From assembly GCA_963716175.1 (NCBI GenBank), contig OY970296.1, positions 4,256,001-4,320,000 on the forward strand: a DNA stretch of 64,000 bases, read 5' to 3'. The translations under genes were made by a program, and so were the position numbers. Numbering within the stretch: the first letter of the stretch is position 1; each line of letters begins with the position of its first letter. The stretch comes from an uncultured Armatimonadetes bacterium. GTDB taxonomy: Bacteria > Armatimonadota > Hebobacteria > Hebobacterales > Hebobacteraceae. Positions 26,214 through 35,686 of the stretch are shown here, in pieces. The notes below the pieces were generated by a model. That model was not told where the DNA came from. It ran no database searches and saw nothing but the letters and a program-made list of their open reading frames with translations.

Positions 26214-27941
26214 CTATCCGGTGGTCTCGGCCACGAAGCGGACGTTCTGCCAGGTGGCTCCGCTGTGGTTGATCACGCGGAAGAAATCGTAGACGCTGCC
26301 GAAGAGACCCGGTTTCTCCTCTAGCTCGACGGTGTATTGGCTGGGCGCGATCTCCTTGCCCTCACTATCGAAGAGGCTGACGCGAAACGGTTCCCCGAGG
26401 CGAGTGACCAGCCACAGCGACCGCTCTCCGTGGTCGAGCTGGGGTTTCCCCTCGCGCTCGCAGTTGCCGGTGCCCTGCTCGCCACTGGTGAAGCCAAGCA
26501 CCAGGCCCTCCACGCGGTGCGATAGGCGAGCGGTTTGCCGCTCCACCGCGAACCTGCCCTCCTCGATTTGGCTCAGGTCGAACTGGCGGCCGGCAGCGCC
26601 CGGTCCCAGGTACAGGCGGCCGCCGCCGCGCAGCCCCGATTTCCCGGGACTCTCATACACCCGGCCGGCCGCGTCCACCAGCCAGATCCCCTGCTCCGCG
26701 GTGGCCAACCCGGCCACCGCCCCCAGGTACACGGGCCGGCCGGAGTCATCACTGAGCGGATGCTCGCAGTCAAAGGTGCCGATCGGCAGTCCATCGGGAG
26801 AGAGAACCTGGAGCCGGGGGCTCAGCACCCACTCGTTCTGCCGGTCTCCGACATAGATGTTGCCGGCCGCGTCCACGCCGGCCAGCCACTGGCGCTGCCA
26901 GTGGCCATCGAGCGCGGCCGAGGGAGAGAGCACGGAGTCAGTGAAGCTGCCGCCCCACCCCAGCACAGGGCTGGAGCCAAAGGGAAGCTGGCGGCCGGTG
27001 GCCAGATCGAACTTGCTGATGTAATGCTCGCAGCTCACGAAGAGGCGCCCTCGATCGTCCAGGCGGAGCTGGCGGGGGCGATCGAGCTGGTAGTACATGG
27101 TGTCGGGGTCGTACTTGCCGGCCTTGGTGAAGGCCAGGTCCTCTCGGCCGATCCAACCCCAGGCGACGTGCGGAAAGGGGCGCAGTTCCAGATCGAGGCG
27201 GAAGCGTTGGACTCTCCCCAGGGCCTCATCCGCGACGTAGATCAGGCCGCCGGGCCGGTCAATGACCAGGCCCGAGGCCGAGATGAACTGGCCCGGATCG
27301 CGGCCGACAGGAAGCTCCCACGCGGTGATGCTATCGCCCAGGGGGCCGTGTTTGGAGATCCAGTTGCCTGGATGCAGCAGGTAGAGATTGCCCTCCGCGT
27401 CGAGGTCATGGGCGAGCACCCGGTCCGGGGTGAGGAGGGCGAACTGGTAGTCGAAATGGGAATCGTACTTGAGGATGGCATAGGGCGGGTGGTCCAGATA
27501 GAGCCAGAAGTTGCCGAAGTCATCCCGCCGGAGGTCGGAAACGCCGGGGACGAGGTAGCCAGGGCCGCCGAAGGTGCTGACAGGCACGCCATGGGGCAGG
27601 CGGCGCTTGCCCACCACCACGCCTTTGAGGAGATCGTCGAAGATCACCGGGTCCGCACGAGAGATGCGGGACTCGCACCGCAAGCGGTACTCCGGCCGGA
27701 GATGCCTATCGTCGGCCAGCCGAACCAGGCCGGAGGCGTCGGGCGCCAGATTCTCCCAGATGAAGGTATGCGCGCCATCCTGATAGGTGACGCGGTAGAG
27801 CTCTCCGGGCCGAGCCTGCGTCAGCCGAACTGCGAGCGCCGCGGGCGAGCGGCTGGCGATGGTGAGGCCGGCTGGCGAGGCCGACGCACACCAGCAGCCG
27901 ACGCCGGCGAGCACAAGCAGCGGGAGCAGCCGTCGCCGCAT
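26214..27941 (-). CDS. secreted NHL/beta-propeller repeat protein
   Basis: Signal peptide MRRRLLPLLVLAG; repeated DAEGNLY, GLIYVAD, DAAGNIYVGD units. Confidence 0.7.
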   Translation of the reverse strand: MRRRLLPLLVLAGVGCWCASASPAGLTIASRSPAALAVRLTQARPGELYRVTYQDGAHTFIWENLAPDASGLVRLADDRHLRPEYRLRCESRISRADPVIFDDLLKGVVVGKRRLPHGVPVSTFGGPGYLVPGVSDLRRDDFGNFWLYLDHPPYAILKYDSHFDYQFALLTPDRVLAHDLDAEGNLYLLHPGNWISKHGPLGDSITAWELPVGRDPGQFISASGLVIDRPGGLIYVADEALGRVQRFRLDLELRPFPHVAWGWIGREDLAFTKAGKYDPDTMYYQLDRPRQLRLDDRGRLFVSCEHYISKFDLATGRQLPFGSSPVLGWGGSFTDSVLSPSAALDGHWQRQWLAGVDAAGNIYVGDRQNEWVLSPRLQVLSPDGLPIGTFDCEHPLSDDSGRPVYLGAVAGLATAEQGIWLVDAAGRVYESPGKSGLRGGGRLYLGPGAAGRQFDLSQIEEGRFAVERQTARLSHRVEGLVLGFTSGEQGTGNCEREGKPQLDHGERSLWLVTRLGEPFRVSLFDSEGKEIAPSQYTVELEEKPGLFGSVYDFFRVINHSGATWQNVRFVAETTG

Positions 27942-29623
27942 CACAGCCCCTCCCACTCGACTACCGGCCTGACCATGCGGGCACGGGCCGGGCATGGCTT
28001 GGGCCCGGACTCCGTCCTCTCCACTCGGCGTGCGACATCGGTGAGCGCGAGCGCCCGGAGGTAGGGGTCGGAGATGGACTCGGCGAGGTTGACCGGGCTG
28101 GCGGTTCCGCTCAGGGCGAGGGTCGGCAGCAGCCAGCGCAGGGCCAGATCATGGTCAAGGCCGATGGTCGCCAGCCGCAGCGCCTCCTGGGGATCGCGGC
28201 CGGCCAGCAGCATAGAGGCGGCGGCCTGGAGGGCGGCCTCGGTGCGAGAGCTTGACGGAGGCAAGGTTCGCAGCAGGCGCTCCGCGGCGGCAGCGTCGCG
28301 GGGCGCGATGGCGGCGGCCACCTGGGCGCGGAGGCGCAGCGCGCGCTGCGGCTCGGACACCAGGCCGATCAGGGAGGTGGCGGCCTCCGCATCGGTGGCG
28401 GCCAGCCGAAGCGCAAGAGCCTCTGCCGCGCGGACTCGCGCTTGCGGGCTGTCTATCTCCCACAGCAGATCGGCCGCCTGGCGCGAATCCGAGGCCGCGA
28501 TGGCGGGCGCAACTGCGCTCAACGCAGCATCTCGCGCGTCGCCTACAGGCAGCGAGCGAGCCAGCCGCAGAGCGCGCGCCGGGTCGGCCGCAGCAAGCCG
28601 AGCAGTCGCCAGTCGGGCCACCTCCGGCGTCGCGCCGATGTCGGTGAGGAGGCTTTGTGCGGGGCCAGAGGGCGAGGCCACCAGCCGAATCGCGAGCTGG
28701 GCCAGCGCCCAGGCGCGGGGACGGGGGGGGAGGCTGCGGGCGAGGCCAAGGGCGCGCGCCGGGTCAGTGACGGCCAGGGCAACGGCCAACTGTGCCCGCG
28801 CCGAATCGGGCGCTACCTCTACCTCCTGCACCCAGGCGAATGCTCCCTCAGCACTGTCTGAGGCCATCCGGACAGCAGCGCTGGTGAGCAGGGCGGAGCG
28901 GATGAGAGGATCAGTAACCCGCTGGGCAATGCCATAGGCCTCGGCCGGCGGCCGGGCCTCGGCGATCTGCCAGACCGTCCGCTCGCGGAGAGAATCCGAG
29001 CTGATGGCGGCCGCGAGCTTCAGGGCTTGATCCGGGTCAGTCTCGCCAAGGCCGAGGGCGATGCATGCCTGAGCGCGATCTGAAGAAGGCCCGCCGAGCT
29101 GCCAGGAGCGCAGCAGGGCAAGCGCGCCGGCCGGGTCGGAGCCGGCCCTGGCGACGACGACAGCCAAGCGTGCGTCATCGGCCGGGAGCTCCGGGGCAAC
29201 CAGCAGCGCGTCCTGACCCAGCGCGGCCATCTCGGCCAGCAGCAATCGCTCTTCCTGCTCGCGGCGAGAGGGCTCTACTATTCTCAGCAGTAGCTGAGAG
29301 GCGTCGGCCGCTGCCAGCCTCGCGCCAGCGGCATCGGTGCCGGCCAAGCCAAGGGCGATCCACCCCAGGGCGCGAGCCGCGTCAGAGGGCCGCCGGATGC
29401 CGCTGGCGAGTTCGAGGGCGGCATGCGGATCGATGCGAGACAGGCTGCAGGCGATGTACCGGCGGGCAGCAGACTGATCTCCGGCCAGCTCGACGGCCTG
29501 GGCGGCAGTGACAGCCTGACTCAGGCACTCGCGGGCAGTAGCGCCCGCGGCGAACCCTGGGCCGGAGATGAGACCGAGGACAACCAACCCGGCGAAAGAG
29601 AGCACGCGGATGCGATCGGTCAC
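27941..29623 (-). CDS. secreted Ala-rich helical-repeat hypothetical protein
   Basis: Signal-like N-terminus; repeated DP..AL.LA..I/L units; stop overlaps the next ATG. Confidence 0.65.
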   Translation of the reverse strand: MTDRIRVLSFAGLVVLGLISGPGFAAGATARECLSQAVTAAQAVELAGDQSAARRYIACSLSRIDPHAALELASGIRRPSDAARALGWIALGLAGTDAAGARLAAADASQLLLRIVEPSRREQEERLLLAEMAALGQDALLVAPELPADDARLAVVVARAGSDPAGALALLRSWQLGGPSSDRAQACIALGLGETDPDQALKLAAAISSDSLRERTVWQIAEARPPAEAYGIAQRVTDPLIRSALLTSAAVRMASDSAEGAFAWVQEVEVAPDSARAQLAVALAVTDPARALGLARSLPPRPRAWALAQLAIRLVASPSGPAQSLLTDIGATPEVARLATARLAAADPARALRLARSLPVGDARDAALSAVAPAIAASDSRQAADLLWEIDSPQARVRAAEALALRLAATDAEAATSLIGLVSEPQRALRLRAQVAAAIAPRDAAAAERLLRTLPPSSSRTEAALQAAASMLLAGRDPQEALRLATIGLDHDLALRWLLPTLALSGTASPVNLAESISDPYLRALALTDVARRVERTESGPKPCPARARMVRPVVEWEGL

Positions 29624-29895
29624 GACTGCAACCCCTGGGTGGTCAAGACTACTCTCAGTTCTGGCGCCAAGGGTGGAACTCCTGCCCGCGCGCTGGAGTC
29701 CAAAGACAGGAACCACAAAGGGTGTATTCCGATGCTGATGGCGCGGAATCTTGGGCATGGGTCGCATCGGGCATTCCAGCCATGGGTGCGATTGGCTGCG
29801 CACAGGAGGTGAGGCGAGATGCGTCGAACGGCGCCCCTGCAACGAGGATCCAGGCCTCCCGTTTGCTAGGGGTCGCACCGTGACCATGGGGAGGC

Positions 29896-29924
29896 TTGAC
29901 AGAGGCCTGCCCCCATGCTATATT
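29896..29924 (+). promoter_or_regulatory. strong sigma70-type promoter
   Basis: TTGACA-17 nt-TATATT with extended TG. Confidence 0.75.
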
Positions 29925-30147
29925 CCGCCCGACCTGGGGGGACCCGGTGGCGTGGGGCACCCGCCGCAGGCCGCGGTGCGCATTCCGGGCTGCGGTGGCC
30001 GCAGAACAGAGACCAGGCTAGCCCTGGCATAGTCCAATCTGGCTTGATCGTGGTAATTAGGGTACAGGACTGGCAGTAGGCCGACGAGGCGGGCCGCGCA
30101 CTACGGCCGCGAGGCGGCTGCTGCGTTGCGAAAGGAGGTGAGGTCGC

Positions 30148-30441
30148 GTGCGGAAGCAGGTGAGTCCGGCAGTTGCGGTCGTGATAGTCGTGGTGGTGGT
30201 TCTGATCGCGGTGTTCGTGCTCATGAAGTTCACGAGGACGAAGAAGCAAACCAACATCATCCCGGGCGTTGGGGTGATAGACTCTAGCGGTCGCGTCGTG
30301 CGAGGTCGCCGTGGCGGTGGGGGCGGCGGCGGTGGCGGTCGCGGCGGCGGTGGCGGCGGTGGCCGGCGCGGCGGCGGCGGCGCACGCGGTGGTGGTGCGC
30401 GGCGCGGCGCGGGCGGAGGTGGTGGCCCAGCCGGGCAGTAG
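30148..30441 (+). CDS. small single-TM protein with Gly/Arg (RGG)-rich tail
   Basis: SD AAGGAGGTG; MRKQVSPAVAVVIVVVVVLIAVF TM segment followed by RGG repeats. Confidence 0.75.
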   Translation: MRKQVSPAVAVVIVVVVVLIAVFVLMKFTRTKKQTNIIPGVGVIDSSGRVVRGRRGGGGGGGGGRGGGGGGGRRGGGGARGGGARRGAGGGGGPAGQ

Positions 30442-30530
30442 CCCGATTGGGCGGCACGGCCTCGTCGCGGCAAGCCGGGGACAGAGGAGTGACTCTGACC
30501 CAGTGTCGGCGAAGCGCGAGCTGCAGTCAC

Positions 30531-30571
30531 GAGAGGAGCGGCCAGCTTGGGCCGCTCCTCTCTTCACTTTT
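30531..30571 (+). terminator. intrinsic terminator
   Basis: 13-bp stem GAGAGGAGCGGCC/GGCCGCTCCTCTC followed by TTCACTTTT. Confidence 0.7.
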
Positions 30572-30596
30572 CCCCGAATAGGAAGGAGGCGTGCAC

Positions 30597-31367
30597 ATGG
30601 CCAGGAACGGAGGCGAGAGCCGGGCCCTGGTGGTGCTTGATTCGTCGCAGTCGAAGAGGCTGATCGCCCGCGCCGTGGCCCAACTGCCAGAGGTGCAGGC
30701 AGCACTGAAGGGAGGCCGGCTGATCGTAGGCAACGGCACTGGTAATGCCTTCGTAGTGGAGGAGCTACTGGGCCGGCCGGTCTCGAAATGGCGCTATGCG
30801 GCCGGGGTGATCGCGGAAGGCCGCCTGGCGGTGACGGATGGCGCCACGCGATTGCCTCCGGTTGCGCTCAGGAACGGCGAGCCGTACCCGGGCGGCTGGC
30901 AGGAGCTGTTGCAGGAGTTCGAAAGCCGCGACGTGTTCATCAAGGGTGGCAACGCGCTGGACGCGGAGGGCAATGTCGGGGTGCTGCTGGCGAGCCCGGT
31001 GGGGGGCACGGTGGGTCAGATGGTGGGCGTGGTGTCGGCGCGAGGCTGTCATCTCATCGTCCCCATCGGCCTGGAGAAGATGGTGGGCGATGTGCTGGAG
31101 GCGGCGCGGCACTGCGGCATCGGGGCGACCGACTGGACTGATGGCATCCCTTGCGGCATGGCGGTGCTCCGCAACGCCCGAGTGGTCACGGAACTCGAGG
31201 CGTTCGAGGTCCTGACCGGGGTGGCGGCCTGGCATGTCGCATCCGGTGGCATCTGCGGGTCGGAGGGATCGGTCACTATCGCGCTGGAAGGACCTGCCGC
31301 GGCCGTGCAGCGGGCCTTCCGCCTGGCCGAGTCGCTCGCCGGCGAACCACCGGTGACACGCGAATAG
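30597..31367 (+). CDS. conserved hypothetical protein (possible NagB/RpiA/CoA-transferase-like fold)
   Basis: SKRLIA, GTGNAFV, IKGGNALD, GGTVG, PIGLEK, GGICGSEG; good SD. Confidence 0.65.
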   Translation: MARNGGESRALVVLDSSQSKRLIARAVAQLPEVQAALKGGRLIVGNGTGNAFVVEELLGRPVSKWRYAAGVIAEGRLAVTDGATRLPPVALRNGEPYPGGWQELLQEFESRDVFIKGGNALDAEGNVGVLLASPVGGTVGQMVGVVSARGCHLIVPIGLEKMVGDVLEAARHCGIGATDWTDGIPCGMAVLRNARVVTELEAFEVLTGVAAWHVASGGICGSEGSVTIALEGPAAAVQRAFRLAESLAGEPPVTRE

Positions 31368-31385
31368 GGAGGAAGGTGGCGGAGC

Positions 31386-32126
31386 ATGATCTGTGACTCG
31401 CACGCCCACTTGAAACACGGGGACACCGCCCACACCGAGTACTCCGCCGAGGCCATCGTGCGGACCATGGACGCGGTGGGCATTGACAAGTCCGTGGTCT
31501 TCGCCATGTCCACTACCACCAAGAGATCCATCGAGATGGCGGAGCAGGCGGTGGCAGAGTTCCCGGATCGCCTGCTACCCTATGTCTATGCTTTGCCCAG
31601 CTATGAGAGACCGGTCTACCAGGAGCTGGAGGAGGCGCTCGCAAAGCGCGGCTTTCGCGGGATCAAGATCCACGCCGGGGAGTGCAGCCTGGCCAAGTAC
31701 ATCATTGATCCCGTGCTGGAGCTGGCCGGCCGCTACCAGGCGCCGTGTCTGATTGACCTGCTGGGGTGGCACGGAGTGGCGGAGTCGCTGGCTCGGAGAT
31801 TCCCGCAGACCAAGATCATCATCGCCCACCTGGGACGCTACCTGTGCACCGACGAGCAGCTCCTCGACCGCTTCATCGGCCTGGGAGAGAAGTACGAGAA
31901 CGTGTATCTGGACGTCAGTGGGGTGGTGATGCTGGGGAAGATCAAGGAGGCGGTGGCGCGCCTCGGGGCCAGCAAGCTGATCTGGGGGACGGACGGCCCC
32001 CACAAGGCCCCGGATACGGTGAGCTTCGCCAGGCTGGAACTGGAGAAGATGCGAGTCGTCGGGCTCGACCGGCAGGCGGAACAAGAGCTGCTGGGCGGGA
32101 GCATCGCCCGGCTGCTGGGCCTATGA
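31386..32126 (+). CDS. amidohydrolase family protein (Amidohydro_2)
   Basis: DSHAH, GIKIH, IAHLG, YLDVS, WGTDGP. Confidence 0.88.
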   Translation: MICDSHAHLKHGDTAHTEYSAEAIVRTMDAVGIDKSVVFAMSTTTKRSIEMAEQAVAEFPDRLLPYVYALPSYERPVYQELEEALAKRGFRGIKIHAGECSLAKYIIDPVLELAGRYQAPCLIDLLGWHGVAESLARRFPQTKIIIAHLGRYLCTDEQLLDRFIGLGEKYENVYLDVSGVVMLGKIKEAVARLGASKLIWGTDGPHKAPDTVSFARLELEKMRVVGLDRQAEQELLGGSIARLLGL

Positions 32127-32137
32127 GCCGGCTGCCC

Positions 32138-33367
32138 TCACTGTGCGTGTGCTGCCCGAGGGCCTGCTGACGGCGCAGCAACGCGATAGAGGTGCACCGC
32201 GTACGGCTCGAAGTCGTCCTCGAAGCGCCCGCCCCACATGGGGATAGTCCGCCCCTCCCCGATCACCTCCACGGCGCCATTCTCGCCCTCACCCCATGTC
32301 CTCCTCAGGACCTCCAGTTTGAAGGAGCCATGGGTGGCCGCATTGCGCATGGCCACCGCGAACAGATAGATGTCGCTGCCCTGCCGCTTCACCATGATGT
32401 CTATGGGGACGTTCGGGTTGGAGGTCATGACCCCGGCCGCATTCTCGATGGTAGGAGAGTTCAGGACCGGAGCAAGCGCCAGGATCTGCTGGTTGATCGC
32501 CTTGACGGCGGCGCTCATCTCCGGGTCCGCGAGCAGGCCGGCCTCGATCTCCTCGGGCTGGAACTGGTGCACGAAGTAGATGATCCCCAGGGAGCCGTGG
32601 ACGAGTGACATCCAGACTTCGGCCTTCACCTGGGCGGGGGTCGCCTTGCGGTCAGGGCGACTGATGTGCGTGCACTCGAGGGCGTTCCAGATCACCTTCT
32701 GCCCCTGCGTCCACTGGCGAAGGCGATCCACTCCCTTGGCGATGAGCCAGAGCCAGTTCTCGCCATCGGGCAGATCCGGGTGCACCACGGGGTAGATATC
32801 GAAGGAAACGAGGTCGCAGCCTTTGACATACTCGGGGTAGTCCGGGAGAGTACAGCCGATGCCCTTCCACTCGTCGTAGGCCACGCCCTGGCCCAGGTTC
32901 AGCAGCACCGGCCGGGTGGGGTCGTTCCTGCGCATTTCCTGGTAGTCAGCAATGATCCTCTGGGTGGGGATGGCAGGACCATATCCGCCGCCGGGCAGCG
33001 GCTGCGCATTGTCCGGCTCATCCCCGTGCATCCAACCGATGATGATGGGCTCATCGCGATGGCGCAGGCCCGCCTGGTTCTGGTCGCAGATCACGAACAT
33101 GCCGGCCCTGCGCAGGGCTGCGAGCTGCTCCTCCGTTGGGCCCTCCCAGAGGCCGACATAGGTGTTGATGCCCAGCGCCCGATAGGCCTGCGCGTGCTTT
33201 GGGTCTTGCAGCCAGACCGCGAGCGGGAAGAACTTCGGGTCAGGAGAGGGCCCGTGCGACCAGGCCGCATAGGGGCTCTGGTGGGCAAAGGGCTCGGCCC
33301 GGCCGGCGTATGCCACCACCCCACAAATGACTGGCAGGATCAGGAGTCCGACTATGGCCCGCGTCAC
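32138..33367 (-). CDS. secreted glycoside-hydrolase-like TIM barrel protein
   Basis: Signal peptide; GINTY, W..GDEPDN, SFDIYP, W..LVHG..GIIYF, a clan GH-A-like pattern. Confidence 0.6.
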   Translation of the reverse strand: MTRAIVGLLILPVICGVVAYAGRAEPFAHQSPYAAWSHGPSPDPKFFPLAVWLQDPKHAQAYRALGINTYVGLWEGPTEEQLAALRRAGMFVICDQNQAGLRHRDEPIIIGWMHGDEPDNAQPLPGGGYGPAIPTQRIIADYQEMRRNDPTRPVLLNLGQGVAYDEWKGIGCTLPDYPEYVKGCDLVSFDIYPVVHPDLPDGENWLWLIAKGVDRLRQWTQGQKVIWNALECTHISRPDRKATPAQVKAEVWMSLVHGSLGIIYFVHQFQPEEIEAGLLADPEMSAAVKAINQQILALAPVLNSPTIENAAGVMTSNPNVPIDIMVKRQGSDIYLFAVAMRNAATHGSFKLEVLRRTWGEGENGAVEVIGEGRTIPMWGGRFEDDFEPYAVHLYRVAAPSAGPRAAHAQ

Positions 33368-33420
33368 CGCGCCTCCTGGTGTGACGACCGGGTGAGTATA
33401 CCCATATCCGCTCCCCCTGA

Positions 33421-33471
33421 CTAGAAGCTGTTTCATAACCTCCCCAGGGGAGGTTATGAAGTACGCTTTAG
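33421..33471. mobile_element. minimal MITE/IS-end remnant or operator palindrome
   Basis: CTAGAAGCTGTTTCATAA...TTATGAAGTACGCTTTAG imperfect terminal repeats around perfect 14-bp arms TTCATAACCTCCCC/GGGGAGGTTATGAA. Confidence 0.45.
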
Positions 33472-33639
33472 GTGAGCGGTGGAGAAGAGAGCAGGAGACA
33501 GGTCCGCCGGGAAGTCGGCGGGCAGATCGCCGGCGCTCGACGGCTATGGCGACGGAGCGCTTCCGCCCGACGAGTCGGCGCTACAGGAGAGGGAGCGGCT
33601 GGCGTGGAACCCTCTTAGCGCATTGGGTGCGACCCGCGA

Positions 33640-35616
33640 ATGGCCCATCAGCTCGAGCCTGAGCAATCCTTCCTGCACCTGCCGCGACCCCGGGCCGTGC
33701 TACTCGGCGCCGCTCTGGCGATAGCTCTCGCCTTCCTCATCCCTTACTTCAACCTGTCCCTGAACAAGTTCGACTGGGCCTTCCGCCCGGTGCCGACCGG
33801 GCCGATCTTCCTGCTCTTTCTCCTGATCTGGCCCATCAACACGTTGCTGCGACGCTGCCGCCCGGGGTGGGCGTTCACCGGCCCCGAACTGCTGCTGGTG
33901 TATGCCATGATGGCGATCTGCGGCGCGCTGGCCAGCGAGGGACTATACGGCTACACCACCGTGAACTCGGTGCATGCCCGGTACTATGCGAGCCGCGAGA
34001 ACCGCTGGGCGGAACTGTTCCTGTCGAATCTCCCGGTCTGGCTACAGGTTGACCAGCCGGAGGCGGTGAGGTGGTTCTTCGAGGGGCGCCCAGAGGGGGC
34101 CGCCATACCCTGGCACGAATGGGTAGCGCCCATGGCGGCCTGGTCGGTGTTCGCGCTCGCGCTGTATGTCGCTTTCTTCTGCCTGGCCTCTCTGCTGCGC
34201 AAGGACTGGATCGAGGGGCAGCGACTGTCTTTCCCCATGGCCGCGCTCCCGATCGAGATGGCCGGCAACCCCGTACCCTCGGGCGGCAGTGCGTTCTTCC
34301 GCAATCCCCTGATGTGGGCCGGGTTTGCGCTGCCGGTGGTGCAATCGCTGATACAAATGGCCCACTCCTTTGCGCCCTCCGTGCCCTACTCCCCGCTGTA
34401 CTTCCACCTGGGGCGCTGGTTCGCCGGCGAGGGTCCCTGGGACTCTATCTCCGACACCTATGCTTACATCGGGTTTGAGACCATAGGCCTTCTCGCCCTG
34501 CTCCCGGCGGAAGTCTGCCTCAGCTTATGGCTCTTCTTCCTGGTGAACCGGACGCAGCTTCTCACCTTCGCCGCCCTGGGTTTTGGGCACGAGGGCCTGG
34601 GCGCGCGCGTCTTCAGCCCATCTATCTTCATCACCTACCAGGAGGCCGGGGGCTGTCTGATGCTGGCCCTCCTGCTGCTCTGGCAGTCGCGGCGTTCACT
34701 GGCGATGGCCTTCGGCGGACTCGTCGGCCGGCCTGTGCCTCACGACCCGCTGGATCCCATCTCGCACAGTGCGGCCGTGATAGGCCTGGCCTTGAGCGGC
34801 GTCTTTCTGACCTACTGGGCTTACCGCACCGGCATGGATCTCTCGGTGTTCGCCGCCCTCATGGTGGTCTTCTTCGCCTATTCGCTGGTGATGGCGCGGC
34901 TGGTGGCCGCGGCCGGCGTCTATGTCCCGGATGTGAGCATGTCACCCCGGGAGCTGTTGGTAGGCCTGGCAGGAAGCACCAGCTACTCGCCGGCCTCTCT
35001 CACCATGCTGACCTATCTGCAAGCCACCTTCATGCTGGAGTGGAAGGTGAGCTTCCTGCACTACACTGTAGATGACATGAAGATCCTGCACTCGGCCCGC
35101 CTCCCGGGCCGGCCCGCGGCCCTGGCGCTGCTGCTAGCGGTGGTGCTGATGATGCTGGTCGCGCCTTGGACGAACATCCATGCCGCCTACCAGTACGGCG
35201 CCAACAAGTTCGACATTTGGCAGTTCCGGGAAATGGGGCTGGGGCAGTTCGGGGAGCTCGCCGCCAACTTGCATACCCCCCGGGCGCCCGCTGCCTATCT
35301 CCCCCTGGGGCTGCTCTGCGGAGGAGCGGTGATGTTCGTCCTGAACTGGCTGCACACCAATTTCATCTGGTGGGGCTTGAGCCCAATCGGGTTCATCATG
35401 GGCGGCACGTGGGGCCTGGGAGATCGGATCTGGACCAATGCTCTCATCGCCTGGGTGGTGGTAGTCGGTCTGCGCAAGTTCGGGGGCCTGCGCCTCTACC
35501 GCAGATTCCGGCCCATGTTCCTGGGGATGGCGCTCGGCCACTTCGTGATCATAGGGCTGCGCAGCATGATTGACCCCATGCTAGGCCTGCACATGCAGCT
35601 CGCGGCCTGGGCGTGA
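33640..35616 (+). CDS. DUF6785/DUF6784-like polytopic membrane protein (putative transporter)
   Basis: ELLLVY, W...LP.W, W...RLSFP, RLVAAAG, WWGLSPIG, GG..LYR..RP.FLG; paralogous to 56654-58620. Confidence 0.75.
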   Translation: MAHQLEPEQSFLHLPRPRAVLLGAALAIALAFLIPYFNLSLNKFDWAFRPVPTGPIFLLFLLIWPINTLLRRCRPGWAFTGPELLLVYAMMAICGALASEGLYGYTTVNSVHARYYASRENRWAELFLSNLPVWLQVDQPEAVRWFFEGRPEGAAIPWHEWVAPMAAWSVFALALYVAFFCLASLLRKDWIEGQRLSFPMAALPIEMAGNPVPSGGSAFFRNPLMWAGFALPVVQSLIQMAHSFAPSVPYSPLYFHLGRWFAGEGPWDSISDTYAYIGFETIGLLALLPAEVCLSLWLFFLVNRTQLLTFAALGFGHEGLGARVFSPSIFITYQEAGGCLMLALLLLWQSRRSLAMAFGGLVGRPVPHDPLDPISHSAAVIGLALSGVFLTYWAYRTGMDLSVFAALMVVFFAYSLVMARLVAAAGVYVPDVSMSPRELLVGLAGSTSYSPASLTMLTYLQATFMLEWKVSFLHYTVDDMKILHSARLPGRPAALALLLAVVLMMLVAPWTNIHAAYQYGANKFDIWQFREMGLGQFGELAANLHTPRAPAAYLPLGLLCGGAVMFVLNWLHTNFIWWGLSPIGFIMGGTWGLGDRIWTNALIAWVVVVGLRKFGGLRLYRRFRPMFLGMALGHFVIIGLRSMIDPMLGLHMQLAAWA

Positions 35617-35686
35617 CAAGACGCAGGCGAGGGCTGATAGTGAAACTGCCTGAGGCATGGTATCATGCTAGCGGACCAAGCCGCCT

